Origin: Sphaerodactylus townsendi
Lineage: Eukaryota
Direction: 5' to 3'
Length of the DNA: 64,000 bases
Assembly (NCBI RefSeq): GCF_021028975.2
Contig: NC_059426.1
Location: 44,578,001 to 44,642,000 of the forward strand
Shown here piece after piece: positions 1 to 11,320 of this stretch; within the stretch, counting starts at the first letter, position 1; every line of letters begins with the position of its first letter. Position numbers and translations under genes: made by a program. The notes below the pieces were generated by a model. It was given only the letters and a program-made list of their open reading frames with translations, did not search any database and was not told where the DNA came from.

Positions 1-171
1 CTAATATCTGCAAGCATTATTTAAAAATGGCTTTTGAAAAAGCAAGCTTGCTTATTGGTCATCTCATGGATTCAACTAGCCACTAGCAGTGGCTAGTTTC
101 CTTCTTCCAAGGTTGGGAACAGAGGGTGGCACTGGGAGAGAGGATATCATAATGCCAGTTGTTAGTGTGCT

Positions 172-420
172 GGGTCCCACAAGGAATAGTCCTTTCCCCA
201 ATGCTGTTTAGCATCTATACGTGTTCTCTAGCCTAGCTGGTATGGAGTTTTGGACAGGATTGTCATCAGTATGCTGAGGACATCCAGTTATATCTGTTGA
301 TGAGCAGCCAATCAGCTGTCACTCTGGACAACTTGACCAGTTGTTTGGATGCTGTGGTGGTGTGGATGAAACAGCCAGCTAAAGCTATATCCAACAAAGA
401 TGGAGGTCCTGTGGCTGAGA
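172..420 (+). mobile_element. L2-type LINE fragment, reverse-transcriptase core (degenerate)
   Basis: Translates to VPQGIVLSPMLFSIY ... HQYAEDIQLYL ... LTSCLDAVVVWMK, matching RT motifs PQG..LSP.LF.IY and YADDTQLY; frameshifted. Confidence 0.8.
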
Positions 421-1326
421 AAAGGTCAAAGAATTATGGGTTTAAAAATAGGAGAAGAATTCAAGATAAAGACCTTGACAGTTATGCAGGTGCCTTCATT
501 GTGTGTTTTGTGATGTTTATAGAGTTACTGGATTTTGATAGCACTTCATGAAAATGTGCCTCATGCATTTTTGCTAGGTTGACAGAAGTTAGACAATAAC
601 CTGCAACTTCCGCTTAACCTGTTGTCAGTTTTCAAGTGTCAGGCTTAATTTGTGCTAAATGTCTTTGGATAGCAAAGCAACAGCTATGAGTAAAGACACC
701 CATAGTAATCTCACTGTGTTTATTTGCATGTGTCTTCAAACAGTTACACTAATTCAAAATGAACAGCGCTCATTTATATTAATTGTGACCCTGTGGTGTA
801 AGGTGATGTTGCGCATTATTTGAAAAGCCACAGTATGTTTTGTGACATCATCATGACATGATGTAAAACATCATGTGACAGGTTATATTGCCCAGATGCC
901 AGTACATCTTGCATCAAAATCCTGAAAACGTCTTTTGTCAGAATACTAATTACCTTATAGCTTGGGTGTATGGTGTTCATTCTTTTCATCTTGGGGAAAT
1001 GAAGTAAGAAGAATAAAACAATATCCCTTCTACTGTTTCCCATGTCTAATATTATTAGGTGAATCATTTGTTTAATGGAATGAGGTTTCAAACCAACTGT
1101 GCACAGAATTCTCGCAATGCGGTCTGCTTGTTCTAACCATTCAGTTAGGCTAGGTAGCATTTTCACAGAAGGAAAAAAATCCACATTTACTGTTCTAAGT
1201 TGTTTTGGGGAGCTAGAGACAAACAGTATGGGAGCCCTTCCATGAAGTATTTATGGAGAGAAACCTTGGTCAGGTCCCTGCCTGGTATTCAGAATGTGTT
1301 CAGTTCAATCTGTGATATCACTCGTT

Positions 1327-1459
1327 CAGGGGTCTGCAACCTGCGGCTCTCCAGATGTTCATGGACTACAAATCCCATCAGCCCCTGCCAGCATGGCAAA
1401 TTGGCTGATGGAAATTGTAGTCCATGAACATCTGGAGAGCTGCAGGTTGCAGAGCCCTG
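1327..1459. mobile_element. Palindromic hAT-type MITE (~133 bp)
   Basis: TIR CAGGGGTCTGCAACCTGCGGCTCTCCAG / CTGGAGAGCTGCAGGTTGCAGAGCCCTG; whole element folds back; degenerate 8-bp TSD cactcgtt/aactagtt. Confidence 0.85.
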
Positions 1460-1494
1460 AACTAGTTAATGGAGCTTTGATGACAGATGTTTTG

Positions 1495-1600
1495 AAAGAC
1501 CCCTCTCTGCCTGGCCCTCTGAAGAGCTGCTGTCAGGTAAAGCAGATAATATTGGCCAGCATGGACTGATGTTTTGACTTGGCATAAGTCATGTATATGA
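1495..1600 (+). mobile_element. Squam3-like SINE, 3' portion
   Basis: gaaagacccctctctgcctg...gaagagctgctgtcag...gataatattg...atggactgatg...tgacttggcataag resembles the body and tail of squamate tRNA-derived SINEs. Confidence 0.55.
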
Positions 1601-1665
1601 TTTGGCAAAGCTGTGGTATGCACATGGGCAGCATGGATTACATTTTATTTTCCCTCCATGTTATC

Positions 1666-2148
1666 CAGAGGCATAGCTGGGCCAAACTGAGCCCGGTGCA
1701 CAGTCTATATTCCGCCCCCCATGACCCCCTGTGGCACCCCCCTGCAGTGCTCCCCTTTCCCCCTCCCACACTTACCTTAGTTCCTTTCCTATTCCTAGAA
1801 CTTTTTCAGACTGAAAAAAGGTCTATTCACAGTTCAGGCTTAAAAACGGCCTGATGGGAACTATACTTCCCAGAAGACCTTGTGAGCCCCAAGGTCTCCT
1901 TGGAACTGTAGTTCCTCAGGCCATTTTTAGCCTGTACTGTGAACAGGCCTTTTTTAAGCCTGAAAAAGTTCTAGGAAAAGGAAAGGAACTAAAGTAAGTG
2001 TGGGAAGGGAGTGGGGGGTGGAGCGCTGTGGGGGGAAGGAGGAGGGACCTGGGGAAGGGGGAGGGGGAATTTTGCACCCCCCACAAGACCCAAAACCATG
2101 CACCCGGTGTGTGGCACATTCTCCTGTCCCCTGGTAGCCCCGCCTCTG
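1666..2148. mobile_element. hAT-type MITE with long internal inverted arms
   Basis: Ends CAGAGGCATAGCT / AGCCCCGCCTCTG; 8-bp TSD atgttatc/acattatc; internal inverted arms ~1750-1880 vs ~1900-2020. Confidence 0.8.
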
Positions 2149-2764
2149 ACATTATCATTGTTCATCCCTTCTAAATAGTAAGGCTAAAGTAGTTTACATC
2201 TTGAAGAAGCAGCTTCCATGCATGAATGTGCACATGTGTTGTCAGTAGGGGAAACTGTCTGCTTCCAAAGGACAGAAAGTGTTTTTTTCCCTTCCACTAT
2301 CTCCAAGATGAAAAACTAGGTAACATTCTATAAAATGTGGAGGTTCAGTCAATGAGAGAACAGATGCAGTGTGCAAATGAGATGAAAAACATGCATGGTA
2401 TGTCCTTTACTGTAAACAGAAAGTTTAGAACATTCCCTGCTGAAACTTTTAAGAGAAATGTGGAGGGGAAAACACTCTGCAACATCCCTCAATATGATTT
2501 ATAGTTGTTGTCATGGAAATCAGCTACATTTGAAGTTAGTCCAAGCTATTACTGATATAAACTGGAGGGTAGAAAAAGACAAAAACAGGAGTATTTCACT
2601 TGGATCAAATGTAGTTCATAATCAACCAGTGCCAGCACCAAATAATGACTCGTAATCTTTAATCATAGTCCCATTTATAAATTCCTTTGCTTTGCACTGA
2701 TGCCAAGGTTGCTCACAGTAAACATAGAAACAAACTTTGAAAGGAGAACTTTAACAAGTCTTGG

Positions 2765-2880
2765 GCGGGGGAAAGCTTAGCTTAGTTGTAGTAAATCTGT
2801 TCTGTATGCAGAAAGTTCCTGGTTCAGTCCTTTGTGTCTTCGATTGCACACACTGGAAAGGACTCTCCTTTGCTGAAGTG
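2765..2880 (+). mobile_element. tRNA-derived SINE head (Squam3-like), degenerate
   Basis: tagcttagttgtagtaaatctgttctgtatgcagaaagttcctggttcagtcc contains A-box- and B-box-like motifs; similar to the copy at 10214. Confidence 0.55.
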
Positions 2881-3944
2881 TCTGGAGTATCACCGCCATC
2901 TGAGACAACAATACTGGTAGGCCAATGGTCTGCCTTGTAAGGCAGTTCCATATGTTCATCAAACAAAACTGAAATTGTATAATACTACAGGGTATAAGAG
3001 GTTTAGAGAAGTCACAACTGGTGTCCATAAGTGAATAGGCTGAGAGGCCACAATATAGCAGCTGTAATTAGAACACTAATTTTCAGGATGTATTACAGAG
3101 CATACGGTGGTGCAATTCAATGAGCCAAAGCATACCTTGGAAAACAGCACCATCCAACTCAGAATGTATTGATTTCAATGGATTTAGAATTCAATGGATT
3201 TAGAATGGATTCTTTGAATTGCACTGTAAGGGACTTCATCTTAGATTTATCTTCTCTGATGGAAGGCCCAGTGCAAGATTGATTCCCATCCCTTTCTGTG
3301 ACATCATATGTTCAGTGGCATCATAAGTGACTCGTGACTCGAGTGTTGGTACTGGAGAAGTGACTAAAAAGAAGGGATAATTAATTGCTTAGCTATTCCC
3401 CACCCGTAAATTCCTCAACCTAAATCACTCTTTTTCCTTCTCTGTATCAAAATATTGCTTTAAATAATCTGGTGGAATATTTCTGATGGCTCTTCAGCCA
3501 CATGAGGCCAAATTGTTGGACTGTCCAAGGCAAAGACATGATCCATGCAATGAAGTGGCAGAGCAACCTTAACAGCTCAAACTGAGGGACAGAACACTCA
3601 TGCGATAGTCATGAAGTAGATCGTTATTGACTCTGGCAGTTTCCATGTAGTAGTCACTGTCCAGAATCAAAATTATTATAAAGTGTATGATGAACAGGAT
3701 TAGGCCAGAGTTGAGACCCTTCCCCATCCTCAAGTATTTGCAGAACAGTCAATTAATAATCCTCAGGGAGTTTTTCCATATGCTGAAAAACTATGTTTTT
3801 TCTCACAGCATTGAAAATAATGCTCTGAAGGGAAGAGTAATCATTAGACTTGTTTCTTTTGTTATTCATTATAGTACTTACGAAAACAGGGTTGTAATTA
3901 TTGTCGTTAATATAAAGATGACACAAATTCCCTTTCTAAACCTT

Positions 3945-4170
3945 CAGAAGCCAAACAGGTGGTGACTAGAGACAGGACATTTTCTGTGGTGGCATCTTGC
4001 CTCTGGAATGCTCTTCCCCCTGAAACTCACCTAGAGCCTCCTTTATTTTCTTTTAGGCACCAAGACAAAATGTATCTTTTCTACCCAGACTTTCAATGGT
4101 TTTTTAAAAAAATCTTAATTGGGGTTTTTATCTTATCAGCTTTTTAATGGTCTGTTTCTGTTTTATGAAT
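3945..4170 (+). mobile_element. L2 LINE 3' fragment (ORF2 C-terminus and start of 3' UTR)
   Basis: TRDRTFSVVASCLWNALPPETHLEPPLFSFRHQDKMYLF matches the L2 C-terminal motif RAFSV.AP.LWN.LP...R.....FR...KT.LF. Confidence 0.85.
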
Positions 4171-4172
4171 AA

Positions 4173-4216
4173 CTAGCAATAAAGCACATTGTGTGAAAAA
4201 ATACAACGGGCTCTAG
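4173..4216 (-). mobile_element. Helitron-like 3' terminus (subterminal hairpin plus CTAG|T)
   Basis: Minus strand reads ctag-agcccgttgt-attttttcac-acaatgtgct-ttattg-CTAG|T: an imperfect 10-bp stem (8/10) ~10 nt before a CTAG end followed by T. Confidence 0.55.
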
Positions 4217-4265
4217 AAAACTAATTCTCTGATGACAAGAGATGTGAATGAGGCATATCCACAGG

Positions 4266-4778
4266 AATGTCCTCTCTAGTTCCCACTTACAGGTTCCCAC
4301 TTGCTAGAACCCACTATATTTTTTTCATACAACAGGCTCCTCATCTTCACAGGCACCCTGCGGGCTCTCCCCCACAGTAGGGATTCAGCTTTACGAACAG
4401 AGGGTGCCTATGGACAGGGGGACAACTCTCCATATTTTCACAGGCACCCTGATGCTCCCCTTTGCAAAGCTGGGATGCAGCTTTGCAAATGGCACGTGCC
4501 TATGAAGATGGGGAGATCTCTCCCCATCTTCACAAGCACTATGCTGCCCCTCTTTGGCAAAGTTGGGATGTTTGCACTGCAAAGGGGAGCACCAGGGTGC
4601 CTGTGAAAATATGGAGAGTTGTCCCCCTGTCCATAGGCACCCTCTGTTCGTAAAGCTGAATCCCTACTGTGGGGGAGAGTCCGCAGGGTGCCTGTGAAGA
4701 TGAGGAGCCTGTTGTATGAAAAAAATATAGTGGGTTCTAGCAAGTGGGAACCTGTAAGTGGGAACTAGAGAGGACATT
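4266..4778. repeat. Long near-perfect inverted repeat (palindrome)
   Basis: 4266-4466 is the reverse complement of 4578-4778 with 2 mismatches. Mirror ORFs 4301(+) and 4743(-) give near-identical N-terminal peptides. Inner 14-bp stem at 4503-4516/4519-4532. Confidence 0.97.
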
Positions 4779-4968
4779 GCCACCTTTTCCTTCTGTTCTC
4801 CCCTTCTTTTCTGCCTCTCACTCTCCATCCTGCCATCTCTTCTCTTAATATTCTCTATTTTTGTCCCACTACCTCAACTCTCTTTCCTATCCGCAACTCC
4901 AGCTCTCAGTTCCACTACCCCAGCTCTATTTTTAACTTTCTGCCTGGCTACCCCAGCTCTGACTTTCT

Positions 4969-5109
4969 GGCTCATTCCACACATGCAGAATAATGCACTT
5001 TCAAACTGCTTTCAGTGCTCTTTGAAGCTGTGCAGAATGGCAAAATCCACTTGCAAACAGTTGTGAAAGTGGTTTGAAAACGCATTATTTTGCGTGTGCA
5101 GAAGGGGCC
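4969..5109. mobile_element. PIF/Harbinger-type MITE (141 bp, palindromic)
   Basis: TIR GGCTCATTCCACACATGCAGAATAATGC / GCATTATTTTGCGTGTGCAGAAGGGGCC; 3-bp TSD tct/tct. Confidence 0.8.
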
Positions 5110-6374
5110 TCTCTGTCTTTCTGCCCTGTTACCCCCAACTGTTTCTGCCTTAAGAAGTGTTACTGGTGATTTTTGCTCCTGTCCCCTCCCCCCATTTACA
5201 GCTGGCATACTACCAGACATACCCACACATCCTGTAAAACCCACAACAGCCAATTGTTGTTGTTGCTGTTGTCATTAAGAGGAACTGAAGGCTAAGGAAG
5301 CACATTTCTATACAGCTAATGGTGAGGTAGTTTTGCATCCATCCTTCCCACAGAATTGGAGATACCAAACCTTGGGGGTAAGGATGGGTAAAGGTGTTGT
5401 GTTCAGTCAATAAAGTGGCTTAGTGTACAAGGTCATTCTTTCCTACAATATCTAGAAATGGTTTAAAAACATGAACAAATTGTTAAAATAAATATGTGTC
5501 TTTTGAAAGGGAATTTCAGGGTTTTATAACTACTTTAAATATTTTTCACTAGTGAAGTACTGCTTGCCTTGACCAACAAATATTTGTACTGCTGCTACAG
5601 TTGTGATTGCAATGAAAGAATCTTCTGCAGAGTCTGAGCTGATGTTTTCAATCATCGCCTTTTTGTGGGTTAATAAGATTGGAGGATACAGGCTGAGTGT
5701 GTGTTGCCGAGCTCTCATAGATGTCCCAAAGCCCTGGCTTCACCAGGCAAATGAGAAAGGTTTTAATTTAAGGTTTGATTTAAAGGAGAGACACTTTTTC
5801 ATTAGTGTAGCAGTTACCCACTCAGTTGGGAGCCATTGGAAGAAATTAAAGTACATTTGGCAATCTATATGCTTCATGTGGGAGTGAAATCTATCTTTCT
5901 ATTTATCTACCTATCTGTCTAATCATCTAAATGCCATGGCATTGAGTGGTAAATTTACCTTTCTCTAAACTTTTGCAAAATTTGTCTATAAATCCATTAG
6001 AATGAAGACAGCTGTAATTCATTGTTAGCTGCTCCATCGACCCTCCACTTCAGTCAGCAACTTCCATTTACATTTTCACAAAGCTAATTCCTTTGTCCAT
6101 GAAATAGACCAATTTCCCTTTTCACTGTTTCAAATACACCTGAAGCAACTGTTTGGGATGGTCTGTATTTATTCAGACTGACAACAGGCTTTACACACAT
6201 AACTGCATGGAGTGATTCCTCTTCGGCAAGTGTGAGGATGAGCCTGCTTAATTATCCTCTTCATTTTTGAGGATTTCTGTGGAAGATTTAGATAAATATA
6301 GTTAAGCTCATTTGTAAAAGTATTGGTAGCTGCCACCAGCAATGCTGGTTCCTGGATTCTGGATCCTGGTTGAA

Positions 6375-6490
6375 TGTTAAGCTGAGATAATGTCTGGACC
6401 AAGGTCACCCAGGGAACTTCCATATGAGAGTGGGGATTCATACCTTGGGATTCCTAGATCCGACACTTTAACCACCCCACCAAACTGACT
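6375..6490 (-). mobile_element. tRNA-derived SINE (Squam2/MIR-like)
   Basis: ccaaggtcacccag...gagtggggattcatacc...actttaaccac...accaaactg is the reverse complement of a SINE head and core. Confidence 0.6.
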
Positions 6491-6536
6491 TCCTTGGGGA
6501 CCATGCAGTAAAACCAGAGTATGCAACTCCAAGCCA

Positions 6537-6715
6537 GAAAGCCAGCATGGTCTAGTGGTCAGAGTGTTGAATTCAAATTCCCACTCTACTATGAAAACTT
6601 ACTGGGTGACTTTGGACCCATCACTTACTCTCACCCTGGTCAACTTTGCAAGACTGTTGTGATTATAAAACAGAGGAGAAGAGAACAATGTATGCTGCTT
6701 TGAGTCCCTACTGGA
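6537..6715 (+). mobile_element. tRNA-derived SINE (Squam2/MIR-like)
   Basis: agccagcatggtctagtggtcagagtgttg...ttcaaattcccactct...ctgggtgactttgg...ctgctttgagtcc. Confidence 0.6.
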
Positions 6716-6824
6716 TTCTTCCCTTTTAAATTCCTACTTTTTTGCAGTTGGAAAGTGGAATTTGGACACTAAACAGTTCTGTTCCACTAATTAGGGACTC
6801 AACTGGTTTCAGAACATTATCAAA

Positions 6825-7524
6825 GGGCGAATTCCCACTGCTTCCTTAGCACGGTTTCGGGCCACTTACTAACACGGTTTCATCGACGTCCTCCCCATGA
6901 CTTCTGTGGCAGCAACCGTTTCTGACGCTCGTTCGCCCTGTTAATCTGCATTCTGGCAGAACCTGGATGCAAGTGGTTCAGGCCCCGTTATCACAGGTTA
7001 CAGCTGTTCCGAGGGGAGGAACAAGGTTTGGAACCTGGAGTTGTTCCCTGCCCCAGAGCGTGACGTGCATTTCACGCAGCCAATCAGATTGATTTGACCC
7101 TTGCGCAGTCTACTTCCGGGTTGATGGAACGATCACGTTTCTGAGCATGTGCAATACAAGTAAACGGTCGCCTGGTAACCGATTTAACGGTAAAACTTTC
7201 AGAAAATAGTTGCTTTACTGTAAAATGTGACAAGTATTCATAGTGGATTTGCACTAAAGCGTTAAGCACAGGTTTTTTAATGGGTAAAAGTGGGTAGTGT
7301 TTCTGGAAATTGTGGCTAACAAGGTCCGCCCAACTGAACACTGACCAATCAGATTAGGGCAATGAAGCGCAATCACATGGCTGTGGGGATTGCAACGATG
7401 CCTGCACCCGGGAGTGTCTGCTGTGTGCTCGCTGTGGTGGGGAGGGAGAAACTGCGACGAGGAGAACACGGATTCACAAGGAACAGGTTTGGATCCGCTT
7501 GCAATTTCAAGTGGGGATTCGCCC
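6825..7524. mobile_element. PIF/Harbinger-type non-autonomous element (700 bp)
   Basis: TIR GGGCGAATTCCCACT / AGTGGGGATTCGCCC; aaa on both flanks (3-bp TSD); CpG-rich interior. Confidence 0.75.
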
Positions 7525-8139
7525 AAAATAGCATCTGCCTTGCAGACTCTCACCAGAAGCTTACTTATATCCTATAAAACTTACTCTCTTAATCTTTGGG
7601 TATGACACTTGCTCCAAGTTATACCCTTTTGCACCTTCCTTAGTGCCCAGTCTAGTCACAGGATGGTAGTGGTGATGTGCATTTCTGTAGGTGATGTGCA
7701 TTTCTGTTTGGTGGTGGAGATGAATCTTCTCAGGAGTGTGTTCTTTCCTCCTCCAGCAGGGAGAATGTTTGTGCAAACATGCCAGTTCTGCATGCATTGA
7801 TGCAGAAAATCAAATATACTAAAATATTAGTTTAGTTTTTTATTTAACAAATTTCCAGATGTACACATCCTGATCTTGTGGTGACAGAGTTGTAAGCTGA
7901 AGCATATACATGATCAACACTATGATGTCTTCCTAGGATTCAAGTTGATCCCTCCAATCCAGGCAGCACATTTGACTTCCCCTGATCTGGCAAAGCTACA
8001 AATATTTCTGGGATAGCATTGGTTGGGCAATAGTCAGCATTCCTGTGGACTTCTTAGCAACTAGACACACCTTCTAAGATCCTGTCTGGTCATGTGTTCT
8101 TCGGCATGATTGGAAGCTATTTAAATGCTCACTGTGTAC

Positions 8140-8275
8140 AACTGCAGTTCACATAAAACATATGCCACAATTTAGGAAAGATACCATCAAAACGAAGAGG
8201 ACACTAGCCTGGTTAATCAGTAAAGTCAAAAAGGCCATAAAAGGTAATAACCCTTCATTTAAAAGTAAAACATTA
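8140..8275 (+). mobile_element. CR1 LINE ORF2 fragment
   Basis: MPQFRKDTIKTKRTLAWLISKVKKAIKGNNPSFK resembles the CR1 EN-RT linker IP..RK...K.KR.P.WL...VK.AI. Confidence 0.6.
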
Positions 8276-8299
8276 AGGAGCATAAATGTATGTCAGTGG

Positions 8300-8591
8300 C
8301 AGTGGTGGAGCTACAAGGGGATGGTGTGTGTGTGTGTGCATTGCACCATGTGCGGGCCTGGGGTGTGTGAAAATCACCCCCTGCCCCCACTGCCCCACCT
8401 GGCCAGGCCTGACCCCACCTCACTAGCCTGGCCTGTTTTCAGCTGGCAGAAAGCTGTTTTCTGCCAGCTGGAAAAGGTAAGTGGGGGGGCTGCGGGGGAG
8501 AGGGCAGGGCCATGGAGGAAGCGGGCAGGACCACAGGGGGCAGAAAACACGGAGTGAGCCTCGGGCGCACTCCTGTCCAGCTATGCTTCTG
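8300..8591. mobile_element. hAT-type MITE
   Basis: Ends CAGTGGTGGAGCT / AGCTATGCTTCTG; exact 8-bp TSD GTCAGTGG (8292-8299, 8592-8599). Confidence 0.85.
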
Positions 8592-8686
8592 GTCAGTGGT
8601 AATGCTGTCATGGACAGCCAAATGAAAAGGTTGACTGCTGTGATAGAATTTATAATTTCAAGATGTTCTTTTATGTTAATCTAGTG

Positions 8687-8820
8687 CATAGGTGTCAAAC
8701 TTGTGGCCCTCCAGATGTTATGGACTACAGTTCCCATCACCCCTGCCAGCACCATGCTGGCAGGGGATGATGGGAACTGTAGTCCATAACATCTGGAGGG
8801 CCGCGAGTTCGACACCTGTG
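8687..8820. mobile_element. Palindromic hAT-type MITE (134 bp), related to 1327-1459
   Basis: TIR CATAGGTGTCAAACT / AGTTCGACACCTGTG; exact 8-bp TSD ATCTAGTG; shares the core ccagatgttatggactaca..tcccatca with 1327-1459. Confidence 0.92.
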
Positions 8821-9798
8821 ATCTAGTGTGTTAATTTGAAAACTTAGTATGTTAATTTGAAGGCCACATGTTCACAAAGGCAGTTCAGTTAGGTGAGAGT
8901 GCTTGCCTGAACCTGCTGGAGTGTCTTCTTAGATCAAATATTGTACTACCAATTCTGAACTAGTCATCCTTTTGGTCTCTCCTTTTGGAATCCAGAAACA
9001 TTACATTGACTAATTTGGAAAAGGCAAATGCTATGCTAGAGTACAAAATTCTCAGTATTAGAATGTTCTTGTTTGGATTTATAATTCACCCACATTTGAA
9101 ATATTGTCTCTGCCATCACACTGTAGAATGGAGAAAAGGTGTATTCACTCGAGGAAAAGGACAACTAAAAAACAAGGTGTTGGAGTATTTTACCTACATT
9201 CATGTTGGAATAAGCGACTTCTGCATGCCTGGACACTGGGGGGTGCTGTGCATCTCACTCTAACTGTGATGTTGCCTCTCTTGTTTGCCCTCCTTGTCTG
9301 GGCCAGGAGACCACCCACTAACTTCCTTTCTTTTCCATTCTGGTTTCACCTCTGCCCTAGCCTTTGACCTGAGCACATGGTCAATGGCAGCCTGCTCAGT
9401 GGGGCTTTCCCACTGTAGCATTCTCTCACTTCCACACATGTGATGGCGCGGTGCCCACTTGTTCATAGGGAAAGTAATCTCTTTAGACTAGGGTTTCTTT
9501 CTATCTACCTTTTTCCTGGAACAAAGCTGTGAACTGGAGATGCTTGAATAAATGTAAGTTTTACCTTTTACATTTATCTCTTGAGAAGTTTCTATAAACT
9601 GCACTCACACACACTACTGGGCAGATCCATGATTCTAAACTAAATCTAACAAATCATTGGCTTAAACGTTTTGAACATTTTTTTTTCACTTTAGAGAAGA
9701 AATGGCTAAGGTGGAGTACAGCATGGAGTAGAGAAAGTGGATGAGAAACAACTTTTTTCTTTATGCCAAATATGAGGATACCCAGTGAAATGTACAGA

Positions 9799-9799
<1 letters not shown>

Positions 9800-9875
<76 letters not shown>
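9800..9875. repeat. (ATT)n microsatellite, within a probable CR1 3' remnant (~9690-9920)
   Basis: About 25 perfect ATT units. Confidence 0.97.
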
Positions 9876-9876
<1 letters not shown>

Positions 9877-9934
9877 AAATCCAAGTAAAATTACATTATA
9901 CTGTTTTTCACACAGTATATAATGAGTCTCTCAT

Positions 9935-10210
9935 GTTTATATCTCACCCGTCCCCCAAAGAACTCTAGGCAGCACACATGATTCTTTTCTGCTCATGACT
10001 TCACAACAACTCTATGAGGTAGTTTAGGCTGAACAATAAATGTGTTAGCCCCAATGAACTTCATGTCCAACTAGAAACTGGGAGACCCAGGTTCAAATCC
10101 CAACTCTCCCATGGACGTGCACTGGATGGTCCTGGGCCTGTCACCCATTCTCAGCCTAAACTACCTTACAGGTTTGTTGTTGCACCGATAACATGGAAGA
10201 GGCGAGAATG
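9935..10210. mobile_element. Two tRNA-derived SINE fragments in opposite orientation
   Basis: Minus copy ctcacaacaactctatgaggtagtttaggctga; plus copy gggagacccaggttcaaatccc...ctcagcctaaactacctt. Confidence 0.6.
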
Positions 10211-10213
10211 GGA

Positions 10214-10340
10214 GGGAGGAGCCATTACAGTGGTTGAGCATCTGCTTGGCATGCAGAAGATCTCAGGTTCAATCCCTGGCATCTCCGTTTTAAAAGGTTT
10301 TTGGGTGATGTGAAAGATCACACCTCACAACCCCAGAGTG
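10214..10340 (+). mobile_element. Squam3-like tRNA-derived SINE, interrupted by a LINE insertion
   Basis: cagtggttgagcatctgcttggcatgcagaagatctcaggttcaatccctggcatctcc...ggtgatgtgaaaga (tRNA head with A and B boxes). Confidence 0.8.
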
Positions 10341-10672
10341 TATCATCATCACCAGTCTTTATTTGTTAGCCATAGGCCTTTCAAATTACATGACAGATCA
10401 ACAAATTAAAACAGAAACCATATTAAAACCAAATTATATACAAAAATGGTGGTAACATGGCCTTAAGAGTTTACAACTTTTCAGATCTTACATCATTTCT
10501 TACCAAGCTTCAGATCTTCCATCTTATAACTTATTCTTTAAGCTACAACCTTTCTGCATTCTAAGTTTAGTAGAAAGGAACATAAATGAAGCAACCCTAT
10601 GTGTAACTTCCTCAAAACATCAGCCAACAAGAAACACACTTTATCCTTTTATAATATACCAACTGTCTGAGG
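10341..10672 (-). mobile_element. 5'-truncated LINE 3' end (RTE-X-like)
   Basis: Exact 12-bp TSD AACCCCAGAGTG (10329-10340, 10673-10684); short (GAT)n tail with AATAAA on the minus strand; residual peptide KVCFLLADV..EVTHRVASF. Confidence 0.7.
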
Positions 10673-11059
10673 AACCCCAGAGTGGAAGTCAGCTGTTTGG
10701 GTGTTCACGTGGATTGTACACCACTTTGAATCTCATTGATGGGAAAAGTAGAGTATCAATGTATTCAAATAAAAACATTCCAGCATTGCTCTTTTTAGAA
10801 GTTAAGCCTGGGTATGATTCTCCTCCTTGAAAGGTTCCTATAACTCCATCTCCACTATTTTAATTATCGTTACTGGAAACAAACATGACTGTGTTTTTAA
10901 AAAGTCAGTTTTACAAACTCATCTCAACAAAACCTGCGAGTGAACTGATTTGGAGGAGAAATTTATGCAGAGGGCGAGATCCAGGGGACAAGGGGGGAAA
11001 GTGCTCCAGGGAGTGAGCGGGGGGTGGTGGTGGTGGTGGCAGAACGTGAAGGAGGCTCA

Positions 11060-11320
11060 ATTGCATGGAAGAGCTGCTCATTCTGCAGAGCATGTACCCT
11101 ACTCCCATTGTAAGACTGCTGCTGGGGAGTGGGGGAGGCTCAGTGGTATGGAAAATATTACTTGTTCTATCCACAGCATGTGTGTCCCTGTCCTCCAATT
11201 AGACTGCTGCTAGGAGATGGAGGAGGCTGAATTACCCAGCAGAGATGGCTCATTCTGCAGCACATGTGCCAAGTTCCCCCAATTAGGTTGCTGCTAGGAG
11301 GTGAGGGAGGGGCAGGGAGA
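11060..11320. repeat. Degenerate tandem repeat, ~85-90 bp unit, 3 copies
   Basis: Recurring cagcatgt...cccaattagactgctgctaggag...ggaggct; gctcattctgcag at ~11075 and ~11248. Confidence 0.65.

Noticed and set aside
4301-4743. Paired 101-aa ORFs on opposite strands with near-identical N-termini
   Set aside because: A by-product of the DNA palindrome; they start at TTG and show no domain similarity.
10214-10290. tRNA gene
   Set aside because: Diverged and continues into SINE body sequence.
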